Notes under the pieces: model-generated
What the model was told of the DNA's origin: nothing
What the model saw: the letters and a program-made list of their open reading frames with translations, nothing else
The model's database searches: none
Assembly: GCA_050012475.1 (NCBI GenBank)
Contig: JBEKHC010000017.1
Coordinates: 1-61,879, forward strand
Length of the DNA stretch: 61,879 nt
DNA from: Candidatus Velthaea sp.
GTDB lineage: Bacteria > Vulcanimicrobiota > Vulcanimicrobiia > Vulcanimicrobiales > Vulcanimicrobiaceae
Direction of reading: 5' to 3'
In this document: positions 40,819-50,963 of the stretch, one piece after another
Position numbering within the stretch: position 1 is the first letter of the stretch
Layout of the letters: each line of letters opens with the position of its first letter
Position numbers and translations under genes: made by a program

Positions 40819-42257
40819 CTGCTCTAACGTCTGCCCACGAGCTTACGCCCCGCGAGATCGTTACCGAACTCGACCGCTACATCGTCGGTCAGGGCAAGGC
40901 CAAGCGCGCGGTCGCGATCGCGCTGCGCAACCGCTACCGGCGCGAAAAGCTGCCCGAGGAGATGCGGGTCGACATCATTCCCAAGAACATCCTGATGATC
41001 GGACCGACGGGCGTGGGCAAGACCGAGATCGCACGGCGCCTCGCGAATCTCGCCGGCGCGCCGTTCATAAAAGTCGAGGCCACCAAGTACACCGAAGTCG
41101 GGTACGTCGGACGCGACGTGGAGTCGATGGTGCGCGATCTGGCCGAAGCCGCGATCCGCATGGTGCGCGACGAACGGCGCGCCGACGTGGTGGAAGCTGC
41201 CGACCGGGCGGCGGTCGAACGGGTCATCGACTTGCTGCACCCGGAAACGCGACCGCCCACGCCGTCCGCCCCCAACCCGTTCGCGGCGACGTTCGGTTCG
41301 ATCTTCGGTAACAATTTCGGCGGTCAGAACGCCGCGCAAAGTCCGCCGGTCACGACGCAGACCGCGCCGCCCGACGAAGCCGCGCGCATCCGCGACTCGG
41401 CGCGGGCCGACGTGTTGCGCGGTTTCTATGATGTGCGGCTGGTCGAGATCGAAGTCGAGGAAGCGCAGTCGCTCCCGATCGGCATGATCGGCGGCGACAT
41501 GATGAACCAGGGCGGCGGCGACATCGGCGAGATGTTGGGCGGTTTGATGCCCAAAAAGCGGGCGAAGAAGCGCGTTACGATCGCCGAGGCCCGACGCATC
41601 TTCGCGGCCGAAGAAGAGGGCAAGCTCATCGACATGGACGCCGTCAAACGCGAAGCGCTGCGGCGGGCGAGCGAAAACGGCATCATCTTCATCGACGAGA
41701 TCGACAAGGTTGCGGGCTCGGGCGGCAGTCGCGGGCCCGACGTGTCACGCGAAGGCGTGCAGCGCGACATCTTGCCGATCGTCGAAGGCTCGACGGTCAA
41801 CACCAAGCACGGCCAGCTCAAGACCGATCACATCCTGTTCATCGCGGCCGGTGCGTTTCACATGAGCAAACCGTCGGACCTCATCCCCGAACTGCAGGGC
41901 CGGTTCCCGATCCGGGTCGAGCTCGAATCGCTGACCGCCGCGGACTTCGAGACCATCCTCACCCAGCCCAAGAACGCGCTGATCCTGCAGTACAAGGCGT
42001 TGCTCGGAACCGAAAACGTGCAGCTCGACTTCAGCTCCGACGCGATCGCCGAGATCGCGCGCATCGCCATGCAGGTCAACGACCAAACCGAGAACATCGG
42101 CGCCCGGCGGCTGCATACGGTGCTCGAAAAGCTGCTCGAGGATATCGCCTTTGATGCGCCTGAGACGACCGGCGCGGTCGCGATCGACGCCGCCTACGTG
42201 CGCGGCAAACTCGAGGCGATCGCCGGGAACACCGATCTGTCGAATTTCATTCTATAA
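40815..42257 (+). CDS. hslU: ATP-dependent protease ATPase HslU
   Basis: [55 protein letters not shown]. Confidence 0.96.
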   Translation: MTALTSAHELTPREIVTELDRYIVGQGKAKRAVAIALRNRYRREKLPEEMRVDIIPKNILMIGPTGVGKTEIARRLANLAGAPFIKVEATKYTEVGYVGRDVESMVRDLAEAAIRMVRDERRADVVEAADRAAVERVIDLLHPETRPPTPSAPNPFAATFGSIFGNNFGGQNAAQSPPVTTQTAPPDEAARIRDSARADVLRGFYDVRLVEIEVEEAQSLPIGMIGGDMMNQGGGDIGEMLGGLMPKKRAKKRVTIAEARRIFAAEEEGKLIDMDAVKREALRRASENGIIFIDEIDKVAGSGGSRGPDVSREGVQRDILPIVEGSTVNTKHGQLKTDHILFIAAGAFHMSKPSDLIPELQGRFPIRVELESLTAADFETILTQPKNALILQYKALLGTENVQLDFSSDAIAEIARIAMQVNDQTENIGARRLHTVLEKLLEDIAFDAPETTGAVAIDAAYVRGKLEAIAGNTDLSNFIL

Positions 42258-42347
42258 ACGCTTCGTCACCCGATCGGCCGAATGGTCGCCCAGCGCGGAC
42301 AAGGATGCTTGGGGTCCGAGCGGCCGCGGCTCGTTTGCGGGCAACGT

Positions 42348-42647
42348 TTAACGGGTGTGCTTGGGCTTCGGACTCGGTTTTGCTTTCGGAAAATGGCCCG
42401 AGTGTGGAACGAAGTCGCTGCTCTCACTAGGGCATCCGCCGGCTACGGGGACGAAGGTGGCACCGGCGGGCTTATTCATCTTGATTCCGTTGCAGGCCGT
42501 GAAAGCGTCGCCGTCCAGCGTTCCGTACATGCGTGGTTTGCCGTCGACGACGAGCTTCACGACGTGGTTCTCGTCGGCGTACGCCATCCCGAAAACGAGC
42601 GCGAACAGACCGATCGCCGCCGGGATCCGAAATCTCACCTTGACCAT
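42348..42647 (-). CDS. Small secreted hypothetical protein
   Basis: GAGGAG RBS, Sec signal ending AYA-D, two Cys, basic Pro-rich tail. Confidence 0.6.
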   Translation of the reverse strand: MVKVRFRIPAAIGLFALVFGMAYADENHVVKLVVDGKPRMYGTLDGDAFTACNGIKMNKPAGATFVPVAGGCPSESSDFVPHSGHFPKAKPSPKPKHTR

Positions 42648-43774
42648 AGCTCCTCCGCAGCAATGAGTGACTTAGCGATGATGTACACGCGGTCTTTCGG
42701 ATCGCGCTTCGATGCGTTATCGATGTCCGGATCCGGCGTCGAAACGAGAAACACGATGCTGCTTGCAGTCTCCGCTACCTGCACGACCCGGCCGCAGGAG
42801 CTCGCGTCGTTAATTTTTTCCAGCAGCTGCGCAAACGTCGATGGCTCGACCCTATCATAGGCGTTCTCACCGAGCGCACATTGCACAGCGATCCTCTTCG
42901 ACGCGTCGCTATCGGCTTTCGCAATCTTGTTCAGATCCGACATGCTTGGGGCGTGCGGCTCAGAGGGCTCGGCCTCATTATCCGGTGGCTTTTTAATCAG
43001 TTCAAAAGACTTTCGAATCCCGTGGTGAGCATCGGCAAATTGATCGTTTGCATCCCTCGTCGCAACGTTGGACGACCAGAGAAAGAGGACCGGGAAAATC
43101 ATGATCAATACGAGGACCGAAGCTACCGGCAGAAGGGACCTGAGCGCTCGAAGCGTGCGACGCAAGAGACGAGCATCGGCCATGGGCGTGCCGATCTTTT
43201 GCATCGCAGCCTCGATGCGCGTGGCGGCCGACTCCGGGTCTGCAAGCGTTCCAATTACATAGTTGCAGCAGAAGCCGAGAACCACGCCTACAGCTGCTAA
43301 GAGGATCGTGAGGAATGGTTCCCGTTGGATTACCTCCCAGGCGAAAACACAGACGAGATGCACGTCGGTTTCGGAATCGAGGACCCCGAGGCCAAATTTG
43401 TCAAAGTAGAAGTAAAGGTAGACCAAACCAAGGAAATAGACGTAAATCGCGGTACTGATCCCGATATCGCGAGCGAGGCCGATGTATTGGAGAATACCGC
43501 CTTGTGTCGGTGCGATACTGCTCTCGCTCGTCGATGCCGCGCTACCCACGGGAGTAGATGGGACGCGGCTACGACTGGTCAATCCAGCGATGCCGTCACT
43601 GGTCAACCCGGCCATGCTTTCGCTCTTCAATTCGGCGATGCTCTCGCTCGTTAATCCGGCGATGCCGTCGCTCGTCAATGCGGCGCCGCTCTCGCTGGTC
43701 GCCCCGGCGCCTTCGCTTTGCAAAGCTGCGCTTTCGTTCTTCAAGTTGCACGCTCGCTCGTCAATGCGGCGCAC
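42635..43774 (-). CDS. Hypothetical membrane protein with N-terminal 7-8 aa repeats
   Basis: Repeats TSDGIAGL/TSESIAEL/KSESMAGL, then three hydrophobic helices; start uncertain. Confidence 0.6.
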   Translation of the reverse strand: MRRIDERACNLKNESAALQSEGAGATSESGAALTSDGIAGLTSESIAELKSESMAGLTSDGIAGLTSRSRVPSTPVGSAASTSESSIAPTQGGILQYIGLARDIGISTAIYVYFLGLVYLYFYFDKFGLGVLDSETDVHLVCVFAWEVIQREPFLTILLAAVGVVLGFCCNYVIGTLADPESAATRIEAAMQKIGTPMADARLLRRTLRALRSLLPVASVLVLIMIFPVLFLWSSNVATRDANDQFADAHHGIRKSFELIKKPPDNEAEPSEPHAPSMSDLNKIAKADSDASKRIAVQCALGENAYDRVEPSTFAQLLEKINDASSCGRVVQVAETASSIVFLVSTPDPDIDNASKRDPKDRVYIIAKSLIAAEELWSR

Positions 43775-43846
43775 CGCCTTCTGCTCTCGCTCGTCAATGT
43801 TTTAGCATTGCGTTCGTTCGACAAAGCTTCGCACCGCGTTTGCTCG

Positions 43847-45619
43847 TCAGTGCCGCGCGGCTGTCGTCACGGTCGCCGAAGGCGGGACCGGGTTTTTCAT
43901 GTACCAGCGAACGTCCTGAGCCTCGAAGCCGACGACCACGGCTTGTCCATCGGGCTCGAGCACGGTGCAACGGTAGACGGATCCGGCGTGGTGATTGAAC
44001 AGGTCGGTCAGCTGCTCGGGCGACATCTTCGACAAGTCCTGGCCGTCGAGGGCGACGATCACATCCTTGAGCTGTAAGGTCGAACGGGCGGCGGTGCCGT
44101 AGGGGTAAATCGCCGTGACGCGCGCTCCCTTACGGTCCGGTGCGATCGCGAAGAACGGGCTCTTTGCTCCCGTAGCGAGCGGGATGCCGAACCGGCCGAA
44201 GTTCTTGCCGCCGTCGGCCCCGGTTGCCGCTACCTGGGCGCCGACTTGGGCGATGGCATCCTGGGTTACTTTGTCCCACAACTGATCGACTTGTTCCTGA
44301 AGCAAAGCGATTGGCTGCTGTTCGGACTTTGACGCCGTCGCACTGAAGATCACGTCGCCGTATTGGTCGATGACGTTGATCTGGGTCGAGACGTCAAATT
44401 GATTGAGCAGGCCCATGGCCTTTTTGGCCGCGTGAAGCGACAAGATCTCCTGGATGCCGCCAACATAGCCTCCGCCCGCCGCCATTTTGCCGATCTCCGC
44501 CGGCGACAGCCCGCGTTGCTGTTGCGCGCGCGTGTCCGGCTGTTGCGGCTGTAGTGCTTCGGCTATCGACGAATCGAACTGCGGTCCTAGCGACGACGCG
44601 ATCGCTTTGCTCAAGGTCGTCGCGAAGATCAACGAGTCGTCTTGCGTCGCGGGTGACGTGGCGTTTTTCACGACGGCACCCGGCTGAGCGTTCGTGCTCG
44701 TGTTCGCGCTTTGACTTGCATTCGCGCTGGTCGCGTTGGCGTTGACGTAAGCGGGCGTCGTCGCCGCGCCGGCAACGCCCCATTTGACGTCGTACTCGAC
44801 ATCAGCCAGGAGTTTGTGAGCACCGCGCGCTTCTTGGAGCAAATTGATTCCCGGCACTCCGGCAAGATTGGTATCGCGCGTTTTCGGTGCTTCGAGACCC
44901 TCGGCTCCATAAAACGAAATGTTTGCCGCGGTCAGGAAACGTCGCAGCGCTCCGACGGCGGCGCCTTGAAAGCCGATGTCGCTGGAATGCCCGAAATGTC
45001 CGGTGACGATCCCGACGATTTTCGCCCCGTCCTGCTCGAAGATCGGTGAGCCGCTGTCGCCGGGTTCGGTCGGCGCGCTCGTCGATATCAGCGACGCATG
45101 CGAACGAACCGAGGTTACGGAACCTAAGCGCGCCTCCGGCTCGAGCGCCTCGGGTCCTTTCAAGTGGGCATACGTCGTTTCGGTGGGATAGCCGAGCATC
45201 TCTATTCGATCGCCGCTGAGGACATCGGAGGCCAGCGAGACTTGTTGCGCGGCCGACTGGGACGTATGAATGACCGCCAGATCGTAAACGGGGTCGATGC
45301 GAACGACCTGAGCTTTCACCCCACGGGTTTTGTCGCCTTGAAAATAGACGTCGATGTCGCCGCCCGCCTTCACGACATGCGCGGCGGTCACGATGTAGCT
45401 GCCCGTCGTGTCGGTGCGAACTACCACCCCAGAGCCGGTCTCTTGCGCGAGCGGCAACAGAATGAAGACGACGGCCGGGCGCATCTCGGCTACGGCAGCC
45501 TCGGAGCCGACGGCTTCCGCGGGAGTTCGCGTTCCAACCAGGGTTAGCACTGCCGCGAACGATGCGAGACAAACGCGAATTGCAAAGTTACCGTTGCAAA
45601 TGAATTGAATGAAGTTCAT
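43847..45619 (-). CDS. Secreted trypsin-like serine protease with C-terminal PDZ domain
   Basis: TAAHV, YDLAV, PGDSGSP triad; GTAARSTLQLKDVIVALDG PDZ; start uncertain. Confidence 0.8.
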   Translation of the reverse strand: MNFIQFICNGNFAIRVCLASFAAVLTLVGTRTPAEAVGSEAAVAEMRPAVVFILLPLAQETGSGVVVRTDTTGSYIVTAAHVVKAGGDIDVYFQGDKTRGVKAQVVRIDPVYDLAVIHTSQSAAQQVSLASDVLSGDRIEMLGYPTETTYAHLKGPEALEPEARLGSVTSVRSHASLISTSAPTEPGDSGSPIFEQDGAKIVGIVTGHFGHSSDIGFQGAAVGALRRFLTAANISFYGAEGLEAPKTRDTNLAGVPGINLLQEARGAHKLLADVEYDVKWGVAGAATTPAYVNANATSANASQSANTSTNAQPGAVVKNATSPATQDDSLIFATTLSKAIASSLGPQFDSSIAEALQPQQPDTRAQQQRGLSPAEIGKMAAGGGYVGGIQEILSLHAAKKAMGLLNQFDVSTQINVIDQYGDVIFSATASKSEQQPIALLQEQVDQLWDKVTQDAIAQVGAQVAATGADGGKNFGRFGIPLATGAKSPFFAIAPDRKGARVTAIYPYGTAARSTLQLKDVIVALDGQDLSKMSPEQLTDLFNHHAGSVYRCTVLEPDGQAVVVGFEAQDVRWYMKNPVPPSATVTTAARH

Positions 45620-46277
45620 CCGATCCACTCCGATAAGCATAATTAGTTTGGTGAAGCGACGCGTCGTTTCAGGGTGTCTTCTTTGACCTCCTGTATGTTC
45701 GTAAAGCGGCAAGTCCTCACGATGTCTGCGACCGCCTGCCGCATCGTGCTCATGCGCAACGTTAAGTCGATCCGCTCGCGACCGAATTGAGCACGAACGG
45801 CCGCATTACGCTGCTCGTTTTAGAAGGCAACAAAACCCGATCGTTCGTTAGCCGCAATTGCCGCTCGGCATAAAGGTTTGGTGACTAAAATAGGGCAGTT
45901 ACAAAGCAAGGAAACTGCCCGACTCCGGATCGCAAAAAAAAACTTAAGGGCCAATTCGTTTTAGTGGCAACCTTGGCGTCGACCGCTTCTGTACCATCTG
46001 AAGAAGCGATGAGTGAAATTGTACGGTTTATTGGCGCGCAACTCCCATCACCAATGCTTTCGCGGTCTCATTCCCGATTTTTCGTCGCTGAGGTGATACT
46101 TGAGAGCAACCGAGCGCGAGCGACGCCTGGGTGCCTGACGCTGCCCGGAGAAGCGGCAAAAATGGGCTGATCAGGGCAGAGGGAGCGCCCGGCCGCAGGG
46201 CGGCGGCATGTGTCCGACGAGCGTTGGCGTCCGGCGGCGACCGGCGCTTGCGGCCAGGGGGTAAAATAGGAAGAGCT

Positions 46278-46850
46278 ATGGCCTATTTGCGCACGATCCT
46301 GACGGACAACCACCCCACGCTCCGCAAGGTCGCCAAACGTGTCGACCCCACCGAGATCGCCGATCCGCTGTTCCAACAGCTCATCGACGACATGTTTGAG
46401 ACGCAATATGCCGCGCCGGGCATCGGGTTGGCGGCCCCGCAGGTCGGTATCTCCAAACGCTTGTTCACCGTCGATCTGCAGGACCGGGACGAGGAGAACA
46501 ACGGACCGCTCGTCGTCATCAACCCGAAGTTCACCCTCACCGAAGGCGAAGTCGATGCGCTCGAGGGCTGCCTATCGGTGCCAGGGTTCGTTGGGGAAGT
46601 CACCCGGTTCGAGCACGTCGTGTGCACCGGCCTCGACCGCCACGGCAAGAAAATCACCCTCGACGCCCACGCTTGGTTTGCGCGCGTGCTGCAGCACGAG
46701 ATGGACCACCTCGACGGCATCATTTACGTCGACAAGGCGAAGAACGTCCGGCCGGCCGCAACCGAAGAAGAGAAGGCCGAAGCCGCGAAAGCCAGCGCCG
46801 AGATCGAGTCGACCGAACGCATCAACGCCGAAGCTGCGCTCGCGCGCTGA
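46278..46850 (+). CDS. def: Peptide deformylase
   Basis: GIGLAAPQVG, EGCLSVP, QHEMDHLDG. Confidence 0.96.
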   Translation: MAYLRTILTDNHPTLRKVAKRVDPTEIADPLFQQLIDDMFETQYAAPGIGLAAPQVGISKRLFTVDLQDRDEENNGPLVVINPKFTLTEGEVDALEGCLSVPGFVGEVTRFEHVVCTGLDRHGKKITLDAHAWFARVLQHEMDHLDGIIYVDKAKNVRPAATEEEKAEAAKASAEIESTERINAEAALAR

Positions 46851-47761
46851 AAAGCGTATTGTTCGGAACGAGCGAGTTCGCCGTTCCGAGCCTGCAGCGG
46901 TTAGCTGCGCGAACCGAGATCGTCGCCGTGGTAACCCAGCCCGACCGGCCTGCCGGGCGCGGTCATCGTCTTGCTGCGACGCCGGTCAAGGCGGCCGCGC
47001 TCGCATGCGGACTGCCGGTGCACACTCCGCTCCGGCTGCGGGATCTCGTTCCCGAGCTGACGGCGCTGCGCGCCGATATCTTCGCCGTCGCTTCCTACGG
47101 CCGAATTTTGCCGGCCGCCTTGCTCGCGCTGCCCGTCGCAGGGATCGCGTTCAACGTGCACCCGAGCTTGCTGCCGCTGTACCGCGGCGCGACGCCGCTC
47201 CAGTCGGCGATCCGCGACGGCCGGCGCGAAACCGGAGTGACGATCATCGCGATGGACGCTGGTATGGACACGGGCGACATCCTGGTTCAGGAGCGTACGC
47301 CGCTCGACCCGGGCGAAACCTACGGCGAACTCCACGACCGGTTAGCCGCGCGCGGTGCGGAGCTGCTGATCGCGGCGATCGACCGGCTCGCGGCCGGGAC
47401 GCTCGAACGAACCCCGCAAGCGCAGCTCGGCGTGCCGGCCGACGAGATCGCGGCGACGCTCACTCATCCCATCGGCAGAGACGATCTGATGGTCGATTGG
47501 TCGGAGCCGGCCGCACGCATCGTCGACACGATTCGGGCGTTCGCCCCGGCCCCGGCCGCTCGCGCTCGCGTGGGCGGCGAAATCGTCAAGATCTTGGCCG
47601 TCCGGCCGGCGGTCGACGGCGAAGCGGGCGTGACCGCCGACGCCGGGTTCGTGGAACGCGCCGGCGACGGGCGCGGGGTCGTGTTGCTGCGCGTCACGCC
47701 GCCGAATCGTGGCCCGATGAGCGGCGCGGCGTATGCCCGGGCCCGCGGCGCGGCCGTATGA
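46847..47761 (+). CDS. fmt: Methionyl-tRNA formyltransferase (apparent CTG start)
   Basis: LFGTSEFA, VVTQPDRPAGRG, NVHPSLLPLYRGATP, MDAGMDTGDI. Confidence 0.93.
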   Translation: MKSVLFGTSEFAVPSLQRLAARTEIVAVVTQPDRPAGRGHRLAATPVKAAALACGLPVHTPLRLRDLVPELTALRADIFAVASYGRILPAALLALPVAGIAFNVHPSLLPLYRGATPLQSAIRDGRRETGVTIIAMDAGMDTGDILVQERTPLDPGETYGELHDRLAARGAELLIAAIDRLAAGTLERTPQAQLGVPADEIAATLTHPIGRDDLMVDWSEPAARIVDTIRAFAPAPAARARVGGEIVKILAVRPAVDGEAGVTADAGFVERAGDGRGVVLLRVTPPNRGPMSGAAYARARGAAV

Positions 47762-49104
47762 GCGTCACCGCCTCCAAACGCCCGGTCGATTCGCGCGAGG
47801 TGGCACTGCAGGTCGTGCGTGACGTGTTCGGCGAGCATTTGCGCGGCGCGCGCGAGGCGCTCGATTATCGCGCCCGGGCGGCTGCGTTCGAGAATCGGGA
47901 CCGCGGATTCGCCACCGAGCTGGCCTACGGGACGATCAAGATGCGGCGTTGGCTGGACTACCAGCTCGCGCCCTTTTTGGGCGCGCGCGCGAACACCATC
48001 CCCCGCCCGATCGCCGAGATCCTACGGCTGGGTGTGTATCAGCTGCGCTGCATGAACAGCGTCGAGACCTATGCCGCCGTCTCGGAAAGTGTCGGCCTCG
48101 CCCGGCGTTACGGCCACAAGGGCACCGCCGGATTGGTCAACGCCGTGCTGCGCCGGGTTGCTGAAGCGCCCGTGCGCGAGGCGCCCGGCGATGACGATGA
48201 CGCGCTCGCGATTCGGGCTTCGTTGCCGACCTGGATCGTCAGCCACTGGCGCGCCCGCTTCGGCCCGGCGGAGTTGACCGCGATTTTGGCCGGGGTCAAC
48301 GCACCGGCCGCCATCGGGTTGAGCGTGAACCTGCTGCGCACGACGCGCGACGCCGTTCTGGCGCTGCTTGCCGAGGCCGGCATCGCTGCCGGCCCGTCGG
48401 CCTTCGCCTGCGACGCGGTCGTGATCGCGGGCCATTCGCCGTCCACGGTGCTCGAAAAACTCGCCGACGGGCGCTGGGAGCCCCATGCCGAAGCCGCCTG
48501 TTTCCCGGTCGATATTCTCGATCCCCAGCCCGGCGACCGTATCTACGAAGCCTGCAGCGGACGCGGCAACAAAACCGTCCAAATCGTCGAGCGCGTCGGC
48601 ACCGATGTGCAACTGGAGGCGATCGACCTCGACGAACGGCGCGTCGCGCGGGCGCGCGAGCGGCTCATCGCGGCAGGCGCGTCGGCCTCGACGCTGGTGA
48701 TCGCCGGCGACGCTGCGCTGCTCGAGGGCGAGGCCGATTGCGACCGGGTGTTGGTCGACGCGCCGTGTTCGGGCTTAGGGATCATCGGACGGCAGCCCGA
48801 GGCACGCTGGCGCAAAGATCCGGGTGATCCCGCGCGGCTGGCGCCCGCGCAAAGCGCGATCTTGCACGCTTCGGCCGAGCGGCTCAAACCGGGCGGAGCG
48901 CTGGTGTACGCGGTTTGCACCACCGATGCCCGCGAGTGCGAAGCGATCATCGACGCCTTTCTGCTCGCGCGTTCGGACTTTGCGCGCGCGCCGATCCCGG
49001 ATCGTTACGCACCGTTCTTCACCCCGGCGGGGGAGGTCCGCGTCGCGCCCGGCATCGCCGGGCGCGACGGCTTTTATATCGCGCGCTTGACGCGCCGCGG
49101 ATGA
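47758..49104 (+). CDS. rsmB: 16S rRNA m5C967 methyltransferase (NusB + Nol1/Nop2 domains)
   Basis: ELAYGT, LRLGVYQL, GLVNAVLR, ACSGRGNKT, DAPCSG, YAVCT, DGFYIA. Confidence 0.9.
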   Translation: MSVTASKRPVDSREVALQVVRDVFGEHLRGAREALDYRARAAAFENRDRGFATELAYGTIKMRRWLDYQLAPFLGARANTIPRPIAEILRLGVYQLRCMNSVETYAAVSESVGLARRYGHKGTAGLVNAVLRRVAEAPVREAPGDDDDALAIRASLPTWIVSHWRARFGPAELTAILAGVNAPAAIGLSVNLLRTTRDAVLALLAEAGIAAGPSAFACDAVVIAGHSPSTVLEKLADGRWEPHAEAACFPVDILDPQPGDRIYEACSGRGNKTVQIVERVGTDVQLEAIDLDERRVARARERLIAAGASASTLVIAGDAALLEGEADCDRVLVDAPCSGLGIIGRQPEARWRKDPGDPARLAPAQSAILHASAERLKPGGALVYAVCTTDARECEAIIDAFLLARSDFARAPIPDRYAPFFTPAGEVRVAPGIAGRDGFYIARLTRRG

Positions 49105-49715
49105 ATCCGATCGCTCGGATCGAGCATGCCTGTTCGCGTTTCGTCGAAGAAACGTTCGCGCGCGTGTTTCCCAGCGATCTCGATCCCGCCCAAGTCGGAC
49201 GGAAGCTCGCCGCGCTCATGCAGGCCGCCCCGGGTGATCTGTATCTCGTGCGCGTCCATCCGACGGACTACGCCCGCTTCGCGGCCGACCGCGAACTGCT
49301 CGAGGCGCGCTGGAGCGCGCTGCTGCGTGAAGCGCTTCCAACGGGCCATCGCGCGGACCAGCCGCGCGCGCTGCTGCACGAAGACGCGCGCGTCGTCGCC
49401 GGATCGGTGACGATCGAAACGGTGGCGGACGAACGGCCCCGGCTGGCGCTCGAGCGGCACGATGGATCGCGCATCACGCTGCGCGAGGGACTGCGGATCG
49501 GCCGGGCGTCCGACAACGATGTCACGGTGCGGGACCAACGCGCTTCGCGCTATCATGCGCGCATCGGCGTCGCCGGCGGAACGCTGGCGATCGAAGACCT
49601 TGGTTCGTCGAACGGCACGTTCGTCGACGGCCGCCCGGTAACGCGTGCATCGCTCACTCCCGGTGCTGTCGTTACCATCGGCGACACGCACCTGCGGGTC
49701 CTTGCCGATGGCTGA
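49101..49715 (+). CDS. FhaA-like protein (DUF3662 + FHA)
   Basis: FVEETFARVF...PAQVGRKL N-domain; IGR, SRYHA, DLGSSNGT FHA motifs. Confidence 0.82.
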   Translation: MNPIARIEHACSRFVEETFARVFPSDLDPAQVGRKLAALMQAAPGDLYLVRVHPTDYARFAADRELLEARWSALLREALPTGHRADQPRALLHEDARVVAGSVTIETVADERPRLALERHDGSRITLREGLRIGRASDNDVTVRDQRASRYHARIGVAGGTLAIEDLGSSNGTFVDGRPVTRASLTPGAVVTIGDTHLRVLADG

Positions 49716-50124
49716 CCCGCGGCTGGCGACGTTAGGACTGAGCCTGGGCATCGCGGCGTTCATCGGGCTCGTGCGCGATCGCCGCGGCAAGCCGCCCGCG
49801 CCGGCGCTCGACGTCGAAATCTCGACCGGAATCGAATTGACGGTGAGCTGGGCGGGAACGATCAAGACGTATCGATTCGGACGCCGCGTCCTCGTCGGGC
49901 GGGCACCCAACGCGGATCTGCGAATCGACGATCCCCAGGTCAGCCGCTTGCACGCCCGGATTGAAATGCGCGATGATGGAGTGTACGTGGAAGATTTGGA
50001 CAGCCGAAACGGGACCCGGGTCGACGGCGCGAAGGTAGCCGGCAGCCGGTGTCTCCGGGTCGACGAGGAAGTCGAAATCGGTACAGCGGCGATAATCTTT
50101 CGAGGTGTCGGGGCATGGAGATAG
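49708..50124 (+). CDS. FhaB-like membrane-anchored FHA protein
   Basis: N-terminal hydrophobic helix; VGR, VSRLHA, DLDSRNGT. Confidence 0.82.
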   Translation: MADPRLATLGLSLGIAAFIGLVRDRRGKPPAPALDVEISTGIELTVSWAGTIKTYRFGRRVLVGRAPNADLRIDDPQVSRLHARIEMRDDGVYVEDLDSRNGTRVDGAKVAGSRCLRVDEEVEIGTAAIIFRGVGAWR

Positions 50125-50963
50125 CGGTCGGGTCGCAGCCCGGTCTCTGGCAGCGGAGCGGCGCGGAAGCGCACGTCGCCGAGGTTATCGCGCCGGGTGT
50201 CGTTCTGCTCGCCGTAGCCGACGGGTTCGGCAACGTCCGCGGCACGCCGGTTGCCACCGTTACCGTGCACACGGTGCGCGATGCGCTCAAACGCAAAGTC
50301 CGCTCCGATACCCGCGATCCGCGGTCGCACCTCATGGCGGCGTTCTCCGCCGCAAACGCGCGGGTCTTTGCGCAGACCGGCAGCACCGACGACTTCGTCG
50401 CGGGCGGCGCGTCGCTCACCGCGGCGCTGATGATCGACGATCATGCGTATATCGCACACGTCGGACAGGCTCGCGCCTACCTTTGCCGCGACGGCGCGTT
50501 GTCGGCGCTCACCGAGGACGACGCCCTTGCCGGCGAAGATTGGCTCAACGCGCGAACCCACGTGCCGACCGAAGCCCGCACGGGCAACCTCTTGACGCGA
50601 ACGCTCGGAACGCAGGCAACGCTCGAAGCGAGCGTGATGCACGTGCGCTTGATGCACGCCGATGCCTTGGTGCTCTCGACCGGCGGCGTGCACACGATCG
50701 TGGCGCCCGACGAGATGCTCTACGCGCTGCAAGCCGCTCACAGCTCCAGCGACGTCGCGTCGCGCTTGCTCGAGATCCTCAAACTGCGCGGCGCTCCGCA
50801 CGGCGGGACCGTCATCGTCGGACGCGCGCTGACTGAACGGACACCTCCGGTCAACGAGTGTTTCCGGCCGGCCACCATCCGCACGGCGATCGTCGCGCTG
50901 GCCGCGCTGCTGGCGGTTACCCTCATCGCGATTGCGGTTCTTCACGCCGTTTTTTCTCCATAG
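50115..50963 (+). CDS. PP2C/PstP-fold protein with degenerate active site and C-terminal TM
   Basis: AVADGFG, AHVGQARAY, LTRTLG; the later metal-binding Asp residues are replaced. Confidence 0.8.
   Translation: MEIAVGSQPGLWQRSGAEAHVAEVIAPGVVLLAVADGFGNVRGTPVATVTVHTVRDALKRKVRSDTRDPRSHLMAAFSAANARVFAQTGSTDDFVAGGASLTAALMIDDHAYIAHVGQARAYLCRDGALSALTEDDALAGEDWLNARTHVPTEARTGNLLTRTLGTQATLEASVMHVRLMHADALVLSTGGVHTIVAPDEMLYALQAAHSSSDVASRLLEILKLRGAPHGGTVIVGRALTERTPPVNECFRPATIRTAIVALAALLAVTLIAIAVLHAVFSP

Noticed and set aside
46339..47757. Apparent 921-aa fusion ending in RsmB
   Set aside because: Off-frame read-through over def and fmt; RsmB starts at ATG 47758
49074..50945. 623-aa minus strand ORF
   Set aside because: Antisense to the FHA and PP2C genes
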